A stretch of DNA of 64,000 nt, from assembly GCA_902388735.1 (NCBI GenBank), contig CABMQL010000001.1:44064-108063 (forward strand), in the 5' to 3' direction. Under the pieces are notes generated by a model that saw only the letters and a program-made list of their open reading frames with translations, was not told where the DNA came from and ran no database searches. Made by a program: the position numbers and the translations under genes. This document shows positions 29,564 through 39,700 of the stretch, one piece after another. The DNA is from an uncultured Eubacteriales bacterium (GTDB lineage: Bacteria > Bacillota > Clostridia > Oscillospirales > Oscillospiraceae). Position 1 is the stretch's first letter, and the number at the start of each line of letters is the position of its first letter.

Positions 29564-30103
29564 ATGAAAAAACATATCCTGATCTGCGGCGAAAAGGGCG
29601 TGGGCAAGTCTACGCTGATCCGCCGCCTGGTGGAGGCAGCCCAGCTGACGGTGAGCGGATTCTGCACGAAAATGGATGAAAACGCCGGAGAGGTCATGCA
29701 CCCCATCTATATCTATCCCGCCGCGGTGCCCATGGACCAGCGCCAAAGAGGGACAGAGAATCTGGTGGGCCGCTGCGGCGATTTCGGCCGGCAAAAGGAG
29801 ATCTTTCCCGAGGTTTTTGATGCTTTGGGAACGGCCTACCTGCAAAGCCCGCAGTCCTGCCAGGTGATCCTTATGGACGAGCTGGGCTTCATGGAGTCCG
29901 GCGCCCAGGCGTTTCGCCGCGCGGTGCTGCAGACGCTGGACGGGGATACGCCGGTGCTGGCCGCCGTGAAGAACCGGATGGATGTGGAGTTTCTGCGGCA
30001 GGTGTGCGCACACCCCCGGGCCGAGGTGGTCCCTATCGACCCGAAAAACCGGGAGGAGCTGTACCGCATGCTTTTGCCCGTGGTCAGCGGATGGAAAAAG
30101 TAA
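29564..30103 (+). CDS. P-loop NTPase (THEP1/COG1618-like nucleoside-triphosphatase)
   Basis: 179 aa, Walker A GEKGVGKST, Walker B ILMDELG. SD AAAGGAG. The tool ORF's 5' extension has no SD. Confidence 0.7.
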   Translation: MKKHILICGEKGVGKSTLIRRLVEAAQLTVSGFCTKMDENAGEVMHPIYIYPAAVPMDQRQRGTENLVGRCGDFGRQKEIFPEVFDALGTAYLQSPQSCQVILMDELGFMESGAQAFRRAVLQTLDGDTPVLAAVKNRMDVEFLRQVCAHPRAEVVPIDPKNREELYRMLLPVVSGWKK

Positions 30104-30112
30104 ACTAAAATG

Positions 30113-30150
30113 TAAAACGCCCTGCTCATTTTGAGCAGGGCGTTTGTTTG
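30113..30150. terminator. Bidirectional terminator shared by the NTPase gene (+) and rpmB (-)
   Basis: aaaacgccctgctc-atttt-gagcagggcgttt followed by gTTTg. Confidence 0.7.
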
Positions 30151-30158
30151 TCCTGAAA

Positions 30159-30347
30159 TCAGATCGCTCTGGTTACTTTACCGGAACGCAGGCACCGGGT
30201 ACAAACATATACATGGCGGGGCGTGCCGTTGATGATCGCCTTGACACGCTTGACATTGGGCTTCCAGGGACGATTGGAACGCCGGTGAGAGTGGGAAACC
30301 TTAATACCAAAGGTCACGCCCTTGTCGCAAAATTCGCACTTAGCCAT
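30159..30347 (-). CDS. rpmB: 50S ribosomal protein L28
   Basis: 62 aa, MAKCEFCDKG...RHVYVCTRCLRSGKV, matching the Firmicute L28 pattern. Start placed at the second Met. Confidence 0.85.
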   Translation of the reverse strand: MAKCEFCDKGVTFGIKVSHSHRRSNRPWKPNVKRVKAIINGTPRHVYVCTRCLRSGKVTRAI

Positions 30348-30479
30348 CCGTTGCACCTCCTTGCTGTGTATGACTTACTGCTTTGCTTTCGCAAGCATTT
30401 GATAGTTTAACAGATGTTACAGAATAATGCAAGTACTTTTGATAAAAAAATGAAAAAAAATCGGATTTTTCAAAACATA

Positions 30480-30508
30480 TTGCGCAGCGGGCGGCTTTGA
30501 GCTATAAT
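30480..30508 (+). promoter_or_regulatory. hprK sigma-A promoter (TTGCGC-17-TATAAT)
   Basis: Read directly; lies in the AT-rich divergent intergenic region. Confidence 0.5.
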
Positions 30509-30587
30509 ATATTATTAATATTAGTGAAAATGGGCAATATTTTTGTGGCCGAAAGCGGCGGATGATTTTGCCCGGAAAGGATCCGAT

Positions 30588-31547
30588 ATGGATAAGGTCA
30601 AGCGCACACCGGCGAAGCTCCCGGAGCTGGTGAAGGAGTTCAATATGGAGGTCCTGAATCAGGCGCCCAATTACGCGACCCAGACGGTGACCATCTCCGA
30701 TGTGAACCGTCCGGCACTGCAGCTGGTGGGCTTTTACGAGTATTTTGAACCCATCCGCCTGCAGATCCTGGGCAAAGCGGAGATGGTTTTTCTCCAGGCC
30801 ATGGGCGCGGAGAAACGCCGGAGCGTCCTGGAGGACCTGCTGCGCTGCGAGATCCCGGCGCTGATCGTTGCCCGCAGCATGGAGGTTTTTCCGGAGCTCA
30901 TCGAGCTGGCACAGAAGCACGGCCGCACCCTGCTGCGCACGGACCGGAAAACGGTGGACGCCACCAGCGAGATCATCGACTATCTGAATAAAAAGCTGGC
31001 CCCACAGATCACCCGCCACGGCGTGCTCATGAATATCAACGGCCAGGGCGTGCTGATTTTGGGCGACTCCGGCATCGGCAAGAGCGAGACCGCTATTGAG
31101 CTGCTCAAGCGCGGCCACCGCCTGGTGGCGGACGACGCGGTGGAGATCCGCCGCATTTCCACATCCCTGTACGGCACGGCGCCGGAGCTGATCCGGCATT
31201 ATATCGAGATACGCGGCGTGGGCGTTGTGGATGTGCAGCAGCTGTTCGGCATGGGTGCAGTGCAGTTTGATACGGAGATCGACCTGGTGGTCCAGCTGGA
31301 GCAGTGGAAGGACGGCAAATTTTATGACCGCCTGGGCCTGGGAGAGGAAACCTACGAGCTGCTGGGCGTGGAGCTGCCCTATGTGACCATTCCCGTCCGC
31401 CCGGGCCGAAACCTGGCCGGCATCGTGGAGATCGCCACCATGAAAAACCGTCAGATGAAATACGGCTATAATCCCGCCCGGGATTTTGTGACCCGGCTGG
31501 ACCAGCACTACGACGCACTGAATGAAGCAAATCGGAGAAAGAAGTAA
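30588..31547 (+). CDS. hprK: HPr kinase/phosphorylase
   Basis: 319 aa. Walker A GDSGIGKSE, HprK signature. Confidence 0.93.
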   Translation: MDKVKRTPAKLPELVKEFNMEVLNQAPNYATQTVTISDVNRPALQLVGFYEYFEPIRLQILGKAEMVFLQAMGAEKRRSVLEDLLRCEIPALIVARSMEVFPELIELAQKHGRTLLRTDRKTVDATSEIIDYLNKKLAPQITRHGVLMNINGQGVLILGDSGIGKSETAIELLKRGHRLVADDAVEIRRISTSLYGTAPELIRHYIEIRGVGVVDVQQLFGMGAVQFDTEIDLVVQLEQWKDGKFYDRLGLGEETYELLGVELPYVTIPVRPGRNLAGIVEIATMKNRQMKYGYNPARDFVTRLDQHYDALNEANRRKK

Positions 31548-32509
31548 TGAAATACATTGGCATAGACATCGGCGCCACTAACCTGAAGGCCGGATTGGTG
31601 GATGACGCAGGGCAGATCCTGGCCAAGCAGAAAATGAAGATCGCGCAGATCGAGTCCCCGGACTCCCTGGCCCGCCACCTGGCCCGGATGACGGAGGAAC
31701 TGGCCCGGGAGGCCGAAGTGGACTTAGATGAGGTTTTTTCCATCGGCGTGGGCGTGCCCGGTGTGGTGGAGATCCGTTCCGGCTCCCTGCAGTATAGCTG
31801 CAACCTGCCGTTTCGCCGGGTGCCCCTGCGTCGTCTGTTCCACAAATATATGAACAAGCCTCTCTACCTGGAAAACGACGGCAACTGTGCAGCCGTGGGG
31901 GAGTATTACGCCGGGGCGGGCCGCAGCAGCAAGCGCTTTGTGACCATCACCCTGGGAACGGGCATCGGCGGCGGCATCATCCACAACGGCAAGATCTATC
32001 ATGGCTCCAACGGCATGGCCGGCGAAGTGGGCCACATGAGCATTGAGTATAACGGCCAGAGCTGTCCCTGCGGGCGCAAGGGCTGCTGGGAGCGGTATGC
32101 CTCCGCTTCGGCCCTCAAACGGCTGACCCAGCGTGTGATGGAGGAGAATCCCGAGAGCATTCTGCGCCAGGTGGTGGACGAAAACGATGGGCACGTCAGC
32201 GGTCAGTCGGCCTTCATCGCAGCCCGCCGGGGCGACCCCATCGGGCAATATGTGTGCAACGCTTACATAGACTATCTGTGCGCGGGTATTGTGAATTTGG
32301 TGAATATCTTCCAGCCGGACACGCTGGCCATCGGCGGCGGCGTAAGCAATGAGCAGGACGAACAGCTGCTGTTCCCGGTGCGGCGCATCGTGGCCCAGCA
32401 GAGCATCCCCTGTGAGCCGGAACGCCGCACCCGCATCGTCAAGGCAGAGCTCGGCTCTGCCGCCGGGATCATCGGCGCGGCGCTGCTGGGAAAGAAAAAG
32501 CGGATTTGA
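31547..32509 (+). CDS. glcK: ROK-family glucokinase
   Basis: 320 aa. ROK motifs (GIDIGAT; CPCG-x-KGCWE zinc site). Confidence 0.85.
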   Translation: MKYIGIDIGATNLKAGLVDDAGQILAKQKMKIAQIESPDSLARHLARMTEELAREAEVDLDEVFSIGVGVPGVVEIRSGSLQYSCNLPFRRVPLRRLFHKYMNKPLYLENDGNCAAVGEYYAGAGRSSKRFVTITLGTGIGGGIIHNGKIYHGSNGMAGEVGHMSIEYNGQSCPCGRKGCWERYASASALKRLTQRVMEENPESILRQVVDENDGHVSGQSAFIAARRGDPIGQYVCNAYIDYLCAGIVNLVNIFQPDTLAIGGGVSNEQDEQLLFPVRRIVAQQSIPCEPERRTRIVKAELGSAAGIIGAALLGKKKRI

Positions 32510-32520
32510 AGGAGCAAAAT

Positions 32521-33435
32521 ATGACTTGGTATGAAAAACTGGACAAAGCCATAGGGGAGTATCTGCCGGATCTGCCCGTGGAGCGGGACGCATCCATGAG
32601 CCGCTTCACATCCTTCCGCATCGGCGGCCCTGCCCGCCGGCTGGCCTGCCCGAAAAACCGGGAGCAGCTGGTGATCCTCATGGGCCTGGCCCAGGAGTGC
32701 GGGGCGCGGCCCTTCATCATGGGAAACGGGACCAACCTGCTGATTTCCGATGAGGGCCTGGACCGATTGGTCATCCGCACGGCGGGGGAGATGAGCGGCG
32801 TCAGGCTGACAGGCGAGACGGTCGTCGAGGCAGACGCCGGGATTTCCCTGGCGCGTCTTGCGCTCTTTGCCCAGAGCCAGGCCCTCACCGGGCTGGAATT
32901 TGCCCATGGCATTCCCGGCAGCCTGGGCGGCGCGGTGTTTATGAACGCCGGCGCCTACGGCGGGGAGATGAAGCAGGTGGTGCAGGAGGTCACCGTCCTC
33001 ACGGAGGACGGCATCCGGCATATTCCCGGTGAGGATTGTGCCTTCGGCTACCGAAAAAGTGCTTTTTCCGATGGGAATACGGTGATCCTCGGCGCAAAAC
33101 TGCACCTTGAAAAGGGGGACCCGGCGCAGATCGGGGCCAGGATGGCAGAACTGATGGCAAAGCGTAAGGCGAGCCAGCCCTTGGAGTATCCCAGCGCCGG
33201 CAGCACCTTTAAGCGGCCGGAGGGCTATTACGCCGGGACGCTGATCCAGGAAACGGGGCTGAAGGGCCTTACCGTAGGCGGCGCGCAGGTATCCCAAAAG
33301 CATGCGGGCTTTGTTATTAACATCGGCGGCGCCACCTGTGCGGATGTGCTGGCGCTGATGGGCCAGGTGCAGGACCGGGTGATGCAGCGCAGCGGCGTGC
33401 ATTTGGAGCCGGAGGTCCGTATCATAGAGAACTGA
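32521..33435 (+). CDS. murB: UDP-N-acetylenolpyruvoylglucosamine reductase
   Basis: 304 aa, FAD-binding MurB fold. SD GAAGGAG. Confidence 0.92.
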   Translation: MTWYEKLDKAIGEYLPDLPVERDASMSRFTSFRIGGPARRLACPKNREQLVILMGLAQECGARPFIMGNGTNLLISDEGLDRLVIRTAGEMSGVRLTGETVVEADAGISLARLALFAQSQALTGLEFAHGIPGSLGGAVFMNAGAYGGEMKQVVQEVTVLTEDGIRHIPGEDCAFGYRKSAFSDGNTVILGAKLHLEKGDPAQIGARMAELMAKRKASQPLEYPSAGSTFKRPEGYYAGTLIQETGLKGLTVGGAQVSQKHAGFVINIGGATCADVLALMGQVQDRVMQRSGVHLEPEVRIIEN

Positions 33436-33447
33436 AAGGAGACAGGT

Positions 33448-34305
33448 ATGGAGATATTGGTCATTTCCGGGCTGTCCGGAAGCGGAAAGAGCCGGGTGGC
33501 CTCCTATCTGGAGGATATCGGATATTATATCGTAGACAATCTGCCGGCGGAGATGATGGTGGTCTTTGCGGAGTTCTGCGCCGCGTCCAAGGGACGCTAT
33601 GACCGGGTGGCGCTGGTGTACGACGTGCGCACCGGCGAGCCGGCGCAAAAGCTCATCGATGCACTGGAGCATATGAAGTCCGCAGGCATCAACTGCCGGA
33701 TGCTCTTTTTGGAGGCGGATACCCAGTCCATCATCAACCGCTATAAGGAGACCCGCCGCAGCCATCCCCTGGCGGGGGATGGGGTAAGCGTGGCCGAGGC
33801 ACTGCAGAAAGAGCGCATCCTGCTGCAGCCGGTGCGGGACCACGCGGATTATGTGCTGGATACCTCCGGGTTCTCCACAACGAAGCTCCACGCGGAGATA
33901 CTGAACCTATTCAGCGACGCCACCCTGGAGGACGGGATGCATGTAAACGTGCTGTCCTTCGGCTTTAAGAACGGCATCCCGGTGGAGGCGGACCTGGTGA
34001 TGGATGTGCGCTTCATGCCCAATCCCTACTATATTGAGGAGCTCAAGCGCAAGACGGGCCTGGATGACGCGGTGCGGGACTATGTGTTCAGCTTTAGTCA
34101 GACCAACGATTTTATGAAGAAGATGGAGGATATGCTGTCCTTCCTGCTGCCCCTTTACAGCGAGGAGGGGAAGACCGTCCTGGTCCTCGGCATCGGCTGC
34201 ACCGGTGGGCACCACCGCTCCGTAGCCGTGGCCCATGCCCTCTCCGAGTATATCCAGAGCATCGGCTACCCCGTCACGGAGATCCACCGGGATATTACCC
34301 GGTAA
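33448..34305 (+). CDS. rapZ: RNase adapter protein RapZ (YvcJ)
   Basis: 285 aa, P-loop GLSGSGKS. Conserved rapZ–yvcK–whiA order. Confidence 0.9.
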   Translation: MEILVISGLSGSGKSRVASYLEDIGYYIVDNLPAEMMVVFAEFCAASKGRYDRVALVYDVRTGEPAQKLIDALEHMKSAGINCRMLFLEADTQSIINRYKETRRSHPLAGDGVSVAEALQKERILLQPVRDHADYVLDTSGFSTTKLHAEILNLFSDATLEDGMHVNVLSFGFKNGIPVEADLVMDVRFMPNPYYIEELKRKTGLDDAVRDYVFSFSQTNDFMKKMEDMLSFLLPLYSEEGKTVLVLGIGCTGGHHRSVAVAHALSEYIQSIGYPVTEIHRDITR

Positions 34306-34316
34306 AGGAGCGGCCT

Positions 34317-35363
34317 ATGGTAAGCGATTACTATCGTGTGGCGCCGGAAAACGGGCCGCGGATCGTTGTCATCGGCGGCGGGCATGGGCAATCCACCCTC
34401 TTGCGGGGATTGAAGCTCTACAGCAAGAACCTAACGGCCATCGTGGCGGTTACCGATGACGGCGGCGGCTCCGGTATGCTCCGGCGGGACTTGGGCATGC
34501 TGCCGCCGGGGGACATACGCAACTGTATGGAGGCGCTGGCCAGTGCCGAGCCGATCATGACCCGGCTCATGGGCTACCGCTTCACCGAGGGGAGCCTGGC
34601 GGGGCAGAGCTTTGGCAATCTGCTCCTGGCGGCGCTCAACGGCATCATGCCCAGCTTCGACCAGGCGGTTGCGGGGCTGAGCCAGGTGCTGGCCATCACA
34701 GGCCAGGTCCTGCCGGTGACCAACGCCAACCTCCGCCTGGAGGCGGAATTTGAAAATGGGCACACCATCCAGGGCGAATCCAGCATCTGCCAGATGAAAC
34801 GGCAGGAGGGCTGCCGCATCCGCCGGGTCCGGCTGCGTCCGGATCAGGCCAAGGCCCTGCCGGAGGCGGTGGAGGCGATCCGCCAGGCGGATCTCATCGT
34901 CCTGGCCCCGGGCAGCCTGTATACCAGCATCATCCCCAACCTGCTGGTGGACGGCATTGTGGACGCCATCGCCGCCAGCGATTCCATGAAAATATACGTC
35001 TGCAACGTAATGACGGAGAGCGGCGAGACCGAGGGGTATACCGCCAGCGACCATATCCAGGCCATATTCAACCACTCCTGTCCGGGCCTTTTTGACCTGT
35101 GCCTGGTCAATTCCGCACCGCTGCCCCGGCTGATAGCCCAGCGTTATGCCCGGGAGGGGAGCATCCCCGTGTTCTGCGATGAGCGGGCGTGCGAGCACCT
35201 GGGGGTGGAGATGATCGCCCGGCCCATCTGCGCGGTGGAAAACCAGCTTATCCGCCATAACCCCGGCCATGTGGCCGCGGAGCTGATGACTCTGTACCGC
35301 CAGCGGACCATCCGCGTGGTGGAGGAGGATACCGGCTTCGTGCGCAACCGTATGGAGAAATAG
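34317..35363 (+). CDS. yvcK: Gluconeogenesis factor YvcK (UPF0052/CofD-like)
   Basis: 348 aa, family similarity and synteny. Confidence 0.88.
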   Translation: MVSDYYRVAPENGPRIVVIGGGHGQSTLLRGLKLYSKNLTAIVAVTDDGGGSGMLRRDLGMLPPGDIRNCMEALASAEPIMTRLMGYRFTEGSLAGQSFGNLLLAALNGIMPSFDQAVAGLSQVLAITGQVLPVTNANLRLEAEFENGHTIQGESSICQMKRQEGCRIRRVRLRPDQAKALPEAVEAIRQADLIVLAPGSLYTSIIPNLLVDGIVDAIAASDSMKIYVCNVMTESGETEGYTASDHIQAIFNHSCPGLFDLCLVNSAPLPRLIAQRYAREGSIPVFCDERACEHLGVEMIARPICAVENQLIRHNPGHVAAELMTLYRQRTIRVVEEDTGFVRNRMEK

Positions 35364-35371
35364 GAGGAAGT

Positions 35372-36280
35372 ATGCAGTCCTTTGCCTACCAGGTGAAAAG
35401 TGAATTGTGCCGGGTGCCGGTGCAGCGGGGCTGCTGCGCCCGGGCGGAGGCCTATGGCGTGCTGCTCTACTGCAATACCTTCAACGCCCGGGAGATCCGC
35501 ATCATTACGGAGAATCCCGAGTTTGCCAGGCGCCTGCCCAAGCTCTTTCACCGGGCGTTCAGCCTCCGCTTCGACCGCCTGCCCCAGGAGCAGGAGGGAC
35601 GGGAGAAGCTGATTTTTCAGATCACGGATCCGGCCAAGCTGGAGCGCATCATCAGCCAGTTCGGCTATGAGGCCAAGCAGACCCTGGCTCTGCACATCAA
35701 CTTCGGCGTGCTGGAGGAGGACTGCTGCCGTACCTCGTTCCTGCGGGGGGCTTTTCTCTCCGGCGGCAGCGTCACCGACCCGGAAAAGCGCTACCACCTG
35801 GAGCTTGCCGGCAACCACCGCCAGGCCAGCCGGGAGCTGTGCGCCCTGCTGACGGAGATGGGGTTCCTGCCCCGGATGGTGACCCGGGGCGCAGCCACGG
35901 TGATCTACTTCAAGCAGAGCGAGCATATTGAGGACCTGCTGACCAAACTGGGGGCACCGGTGGCCGCCATGGACATCATGACCACTAAGGTGGACAAGGC
36001 CATCCGCAACGGCGCCAATCGCGCCATGAACTGCGACATTGCCAATGTGAATAAAATTCTGGAGGCTGCCACGGAGCAGCAGTCCGCCATTGAAGCCCTG
36101 GCCAAAAGCGGCCGGCTGGATCGCCTGCCGGAAAAGCTGCAGCAGACGGCCCAGCTTCGGCTGGAGCATCCGGAGCTGTCCCTTGCCCAGCTGGCGGAGC
36201 TGTGCGACCCGCCGGTCTCTAAATCCTGCATGAACCACCGTATGAGAAAACTCAACGAGGAGGCAAAGAAGCTGCTATGA
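35372..36280 (+). CDS. whiA: Sporulation/cell-division transcription regulator WhiA
   Basis: 302 aa. LAGLIDADG-like N-domain plus C-terminal HTH. Confidence 0.9.
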   Translation: MQSFAYQVKSELCRVPVQRGCCARAEAYGVLLYCNTFNAREIRIITENPEFARRLPKLFHRAFSLRFDRLPQEQEGREKLIFQITDPAKLERIISQFGYEAKQTLALHINFGVLEEDCCRTSFLRGAFLSGGSVTDPEKRYHLELAGNHRQASRELCALLTEMGFLPRMVTRGAATVIYFKQSEHIEDLLTKLGAPVAAMDIMTTKVDKAIRNGANRAMNCDIANVNKILEAATEQQSAIEALAKSGRLDRLPEKLQQTAQLRLEHPELSLAQLAELCDPPVSKSCMNHRMRKLNEEAKKLL

Positions 36281-36726
36281 ATAAAACGGACAAGTGTAAG
36301 GCGGCCCGGGATTATCATACCCGGGGCTGCAACTGTGCCCAAAGTATTTTGGCCGCATTCCATCAGGAGATGGGCCTGACGGAGGAGCAGTGCCTGGCCC
36401 TGGCCGGGGGCATGGGCGGCGGGATGCGCTGCGGCAGCATCTGCGGCGCTATCAGCGGCGGCATATTGGTGCTGGGCATGCTGTTTCCCGCCACGGCGGC
36501 GGAGGGTCCGGCGGGGAAGCGACGCATTACCCAGCAGACCCAGGAGTATATCCGTCGCTTCCGGGCGCGGTTTGTGGACCGCGACTGTGCCGACCTGCTG
36601 GCGCGCAAGGACCTCGATCCCACCCAGCAGGCCCGGGACCTGGGCGTAACGGACCACTGCGGTATCCTCATTGTGTCCGCCGTGGAAATATTGTGCGACT
36701 ATATTGCTGAACTAAAAGGGGAGTAA
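36277..36726 (+). CDS. C_GCAxxG_C_C family redox protein
   Basis: 149 aa containing CNCAQS and GMGGGMRCGSICGA motifs. Confidence 0.75.
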   Translation: MNKTDKCKAARDYHTRGCNCAQSILAAFHQEMGLTEEQCLALAGGMGGGMRCGSICGAISGGILVLGMLFPATAAEGPAGKRRITQQTQEYIRRFRARFVDRDCADLLARKDLDPTQQARDLGVTDHCGILIVSAVEILCDYIAELKGE

Positions 36727-36731
36727 AGCCC

Positions 36732-39700
36732 ATGTCATTTGTGCACCTTCATGTTCATACGGAGTACAGCCTGCTGGACGGCGCCTGCCGCATCCGGGAT
36801 CTTCCTCGCCGCATCAAGGAGATGGGCCAGACTGCCTGCGCCATCACCGATCACGGCGTCATGTACGGTGCCATTGATTTTTACCGGGCCTGCAAGGCCG
36901 AGGGGATCCATCCAGTCATCGGGTGCGAGGTTTATGTGGCGGCCCGGACCCGGTTTGACAAGCTCCATGAGTTCGATGCCGAGTCCCGGCACCTGGTGCT
37001 GCTGTGCAAGAATGAAACGGGCTACCGGAACCTGTCGTACATGGTGAGCCAGGCGTTTGTGGAGGGATTCTATATTAAGCCCCGCATCGACCTGGACCTG
37101 CTGCGGGAGCACGCCGAGGGGCTTATCGCCCTGTCCGCGTGCCTGGCCGGGGAGATCCCCAAGCGCATCCTCCACGGCAATTACGACGGCGCCAAGGCGT
37201 ATGCCCTGCAGATGCAGGAGATCTTCGGACCGGATAACTTCTACCTGGAGCTCCAGGACCATGGCATCCCCGAGCAGGCGGAGGTCAACCGCAGCCTGCT
37301 GAAGATCCATCAGGAGACGGGTATCCCCCTGGTCTGCACCAACGACGCCCACTACCTCCGCAAGGAGGATGCCGAGAGCCACGATATTCTTCTATGCATC
37401 CAGACCGGCAAGACCGTGGACGATGAAAACCGTATGCGCTACGAGCCCCGGAACTTCTACCTGCGCTCCACGGAGGAGATGGAGTCGCTGTTTTCCGCCT
37501 ATCCCGAGGCGGTGGAGAACACCCAGCGCATCGCCGATCGCTGCCAGCTGGAGTTTACCTTCGGCAAGTACCATCTGCCGGAGTTCAAGCTGCCCCCAGG
37601 GTACGATTCGCCCACCTATCTGCGCAAGCTCTGTGACGAAGGTTTTGTCGAACGCTACGGGCAGGAAAAGGAAAGTTATCGTAAACAGCTGACCTATGAG
37701 CTGGATATGATCGAGAAAATGGGCTTTACGGACTATTTCCTTATCGTCTCCGACTTTGTCCGCTACGCCAAGAGTGTGGGCATCCCTGTGGGTCCCGGCC
37801 GCGGCTCTGCCGCCGGGAGCATGGTGTCCTACTGCCTGCATATCACGGACATCGACCCCATGGAATATAACCTCTACTTTGAGCGGTTTCTGAATCCCGA
37901 GCGGGTGTCCATGCCCGATATCGATATGGATTTCGGCGATACCCGCCGCGAGGAAGTGGTGGATTATGTCCGTCGCAAATACGGCGACGACCATGTAGCT
38001 CAGATCGTCACCTTCGGCACCATGGCCGCCCGGGCTGCCATCCGGGACGTGGGCCGTGTGCTGAGCATACCCTATAACGAGGTGGATGCCGTGGCCAAGC
38101 TGGTGCCGGCCACCCCCCACATTACCCTGGACGATGCGCTGAAGCTGTCCAAGCAGCTGAAGGACCAGTATGAGGCCGACCCAAAGATCCGTCGGCTCAT
38201 CGACATGGCCAAGGCCCTGGAGGGCATGCCCCGTCACGCCTCCACCCATGCCGCCGGTGTGGTCATCACCAAGAAGCCGGTGTATCAGTATGTGCCCCTG
38301 GCCCGGAATGACGAGTCCATCGTCTGCCAGTACACCATGGTGACGCTGGAGGAGCTGGGCCTGCTGAAAATGGACTTTTTGGGCCTGCGAAACCTGACGG
38401 TGCTGGACGACGCCATTAAAATGCTGCCGCAGAGCGAGCATTTCGATCTGCTGAAGATCCCCATGGACGACCCGGAGGTTTTCCAGATGCTCACCCAGGG
38501 CAAGACCTCCGGCGTGTTCCAAATGGAATCCACCGGCATGACCGGCGTATGCCTGGGGCTCAAGCCCCAAAGTATCGAGGATATCACGGCTATCATAGCC
38601 CTGTACCGCCCCGGTCCCATGGACTCCATCCCCCGCTTTATCGCCTGCAAACAGGACCCGAAGCTCATCACCTATAAGCACCCATCCCTGGAGCCGATCC
38701 TGTCCGTGACCTATGGCTGCATCGTGTATCAGGAGCAGGTCATTCAGATCTTCCAGCAGCTGGGCGGGTACTCTTTGGGCCAGGCGGATATGGTGCGCCG
38801 GGCCATCTCCAAGAAAAAAGCCAAGGAGATCGAAAAGGAGCGCTACTCCTTCGTCCACGGCGACCCAGAGCGGGGCATCAAGGGCTGCATTGCAAACGGC
38901 ATCCCCGAGGCCACGGCCGAGGCCATTTACGATGAGATCTACGACTTTGCCAACTACGCCTTCAACAAGGCTCATGCCGTCAGCTACGCGGTGGTGGCCT
39001 ATCAGACGGCTTATTTCAAGTGCCATTATACCAAGGAGTACATGGCGGCCCTGCTGACCTCCGTGCTGCACAATTCGGACAAAGTGGCCGAGTATATTGC
39101 CGAGTGCCGGGACTGCGGCATCCAGGTCCTGCCGCCGGATATCAACCATTCCTATGACGGCTTCACCGTGGATGGGGAGGATATCCGCTTCGGCCTGGTG
39201 GCCATTAAGAACATCGGCCGCGGCTTTATACAGACGCTGATCCAGCGGCGTGACAAGGAAGGACCCTTTACATCGTTTTTGGACTTCTGCCAGCGCATGG
39301 ACGACTGCACGGACATGAATAAACGCGCCGTGGAGAACCTCATCCGCAGCGGTGCGTTTGATTCCCTGGGGGCAAAGCGCTCGCAGCTGGTGGCGGTGTT
39401 TGAAACGGTGATGGACAGCGTTTCCGCCTCCCGCAGGCAGAATCTGGAGGGGCAGATGGACTTCTTCAGCATGGGCCCCTCGGCCTCGGCCAAGCTCCAT
39501 CAGATTCAGCTGCCGGATATTCCGGAGTATTCCGCCGTGGAAAAGATGAACATGGAGAAGACCACCACCGGCCTGTACCTCTCTGGCCATCCCATGAACG
39601 ATTACCGGGATCTGGCCAAGGCGGCGCACGCTGTACCCATCCATGATATTCTGGAGGATTTCGAGCAGGAGGGCGGGCCCACCCGCTTTGCGGACGATCA

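Noticed and set aside
29564-30103. NTPase as a MobB-type molybdopterin-guanine dinucleotide biosynthesis protein
   Set aside because: The Walker A/B spacing and overall length fit the THEP1/COG1618 NTPase family better than MobB. The functional link to the oxidoreductase is left as speculation.
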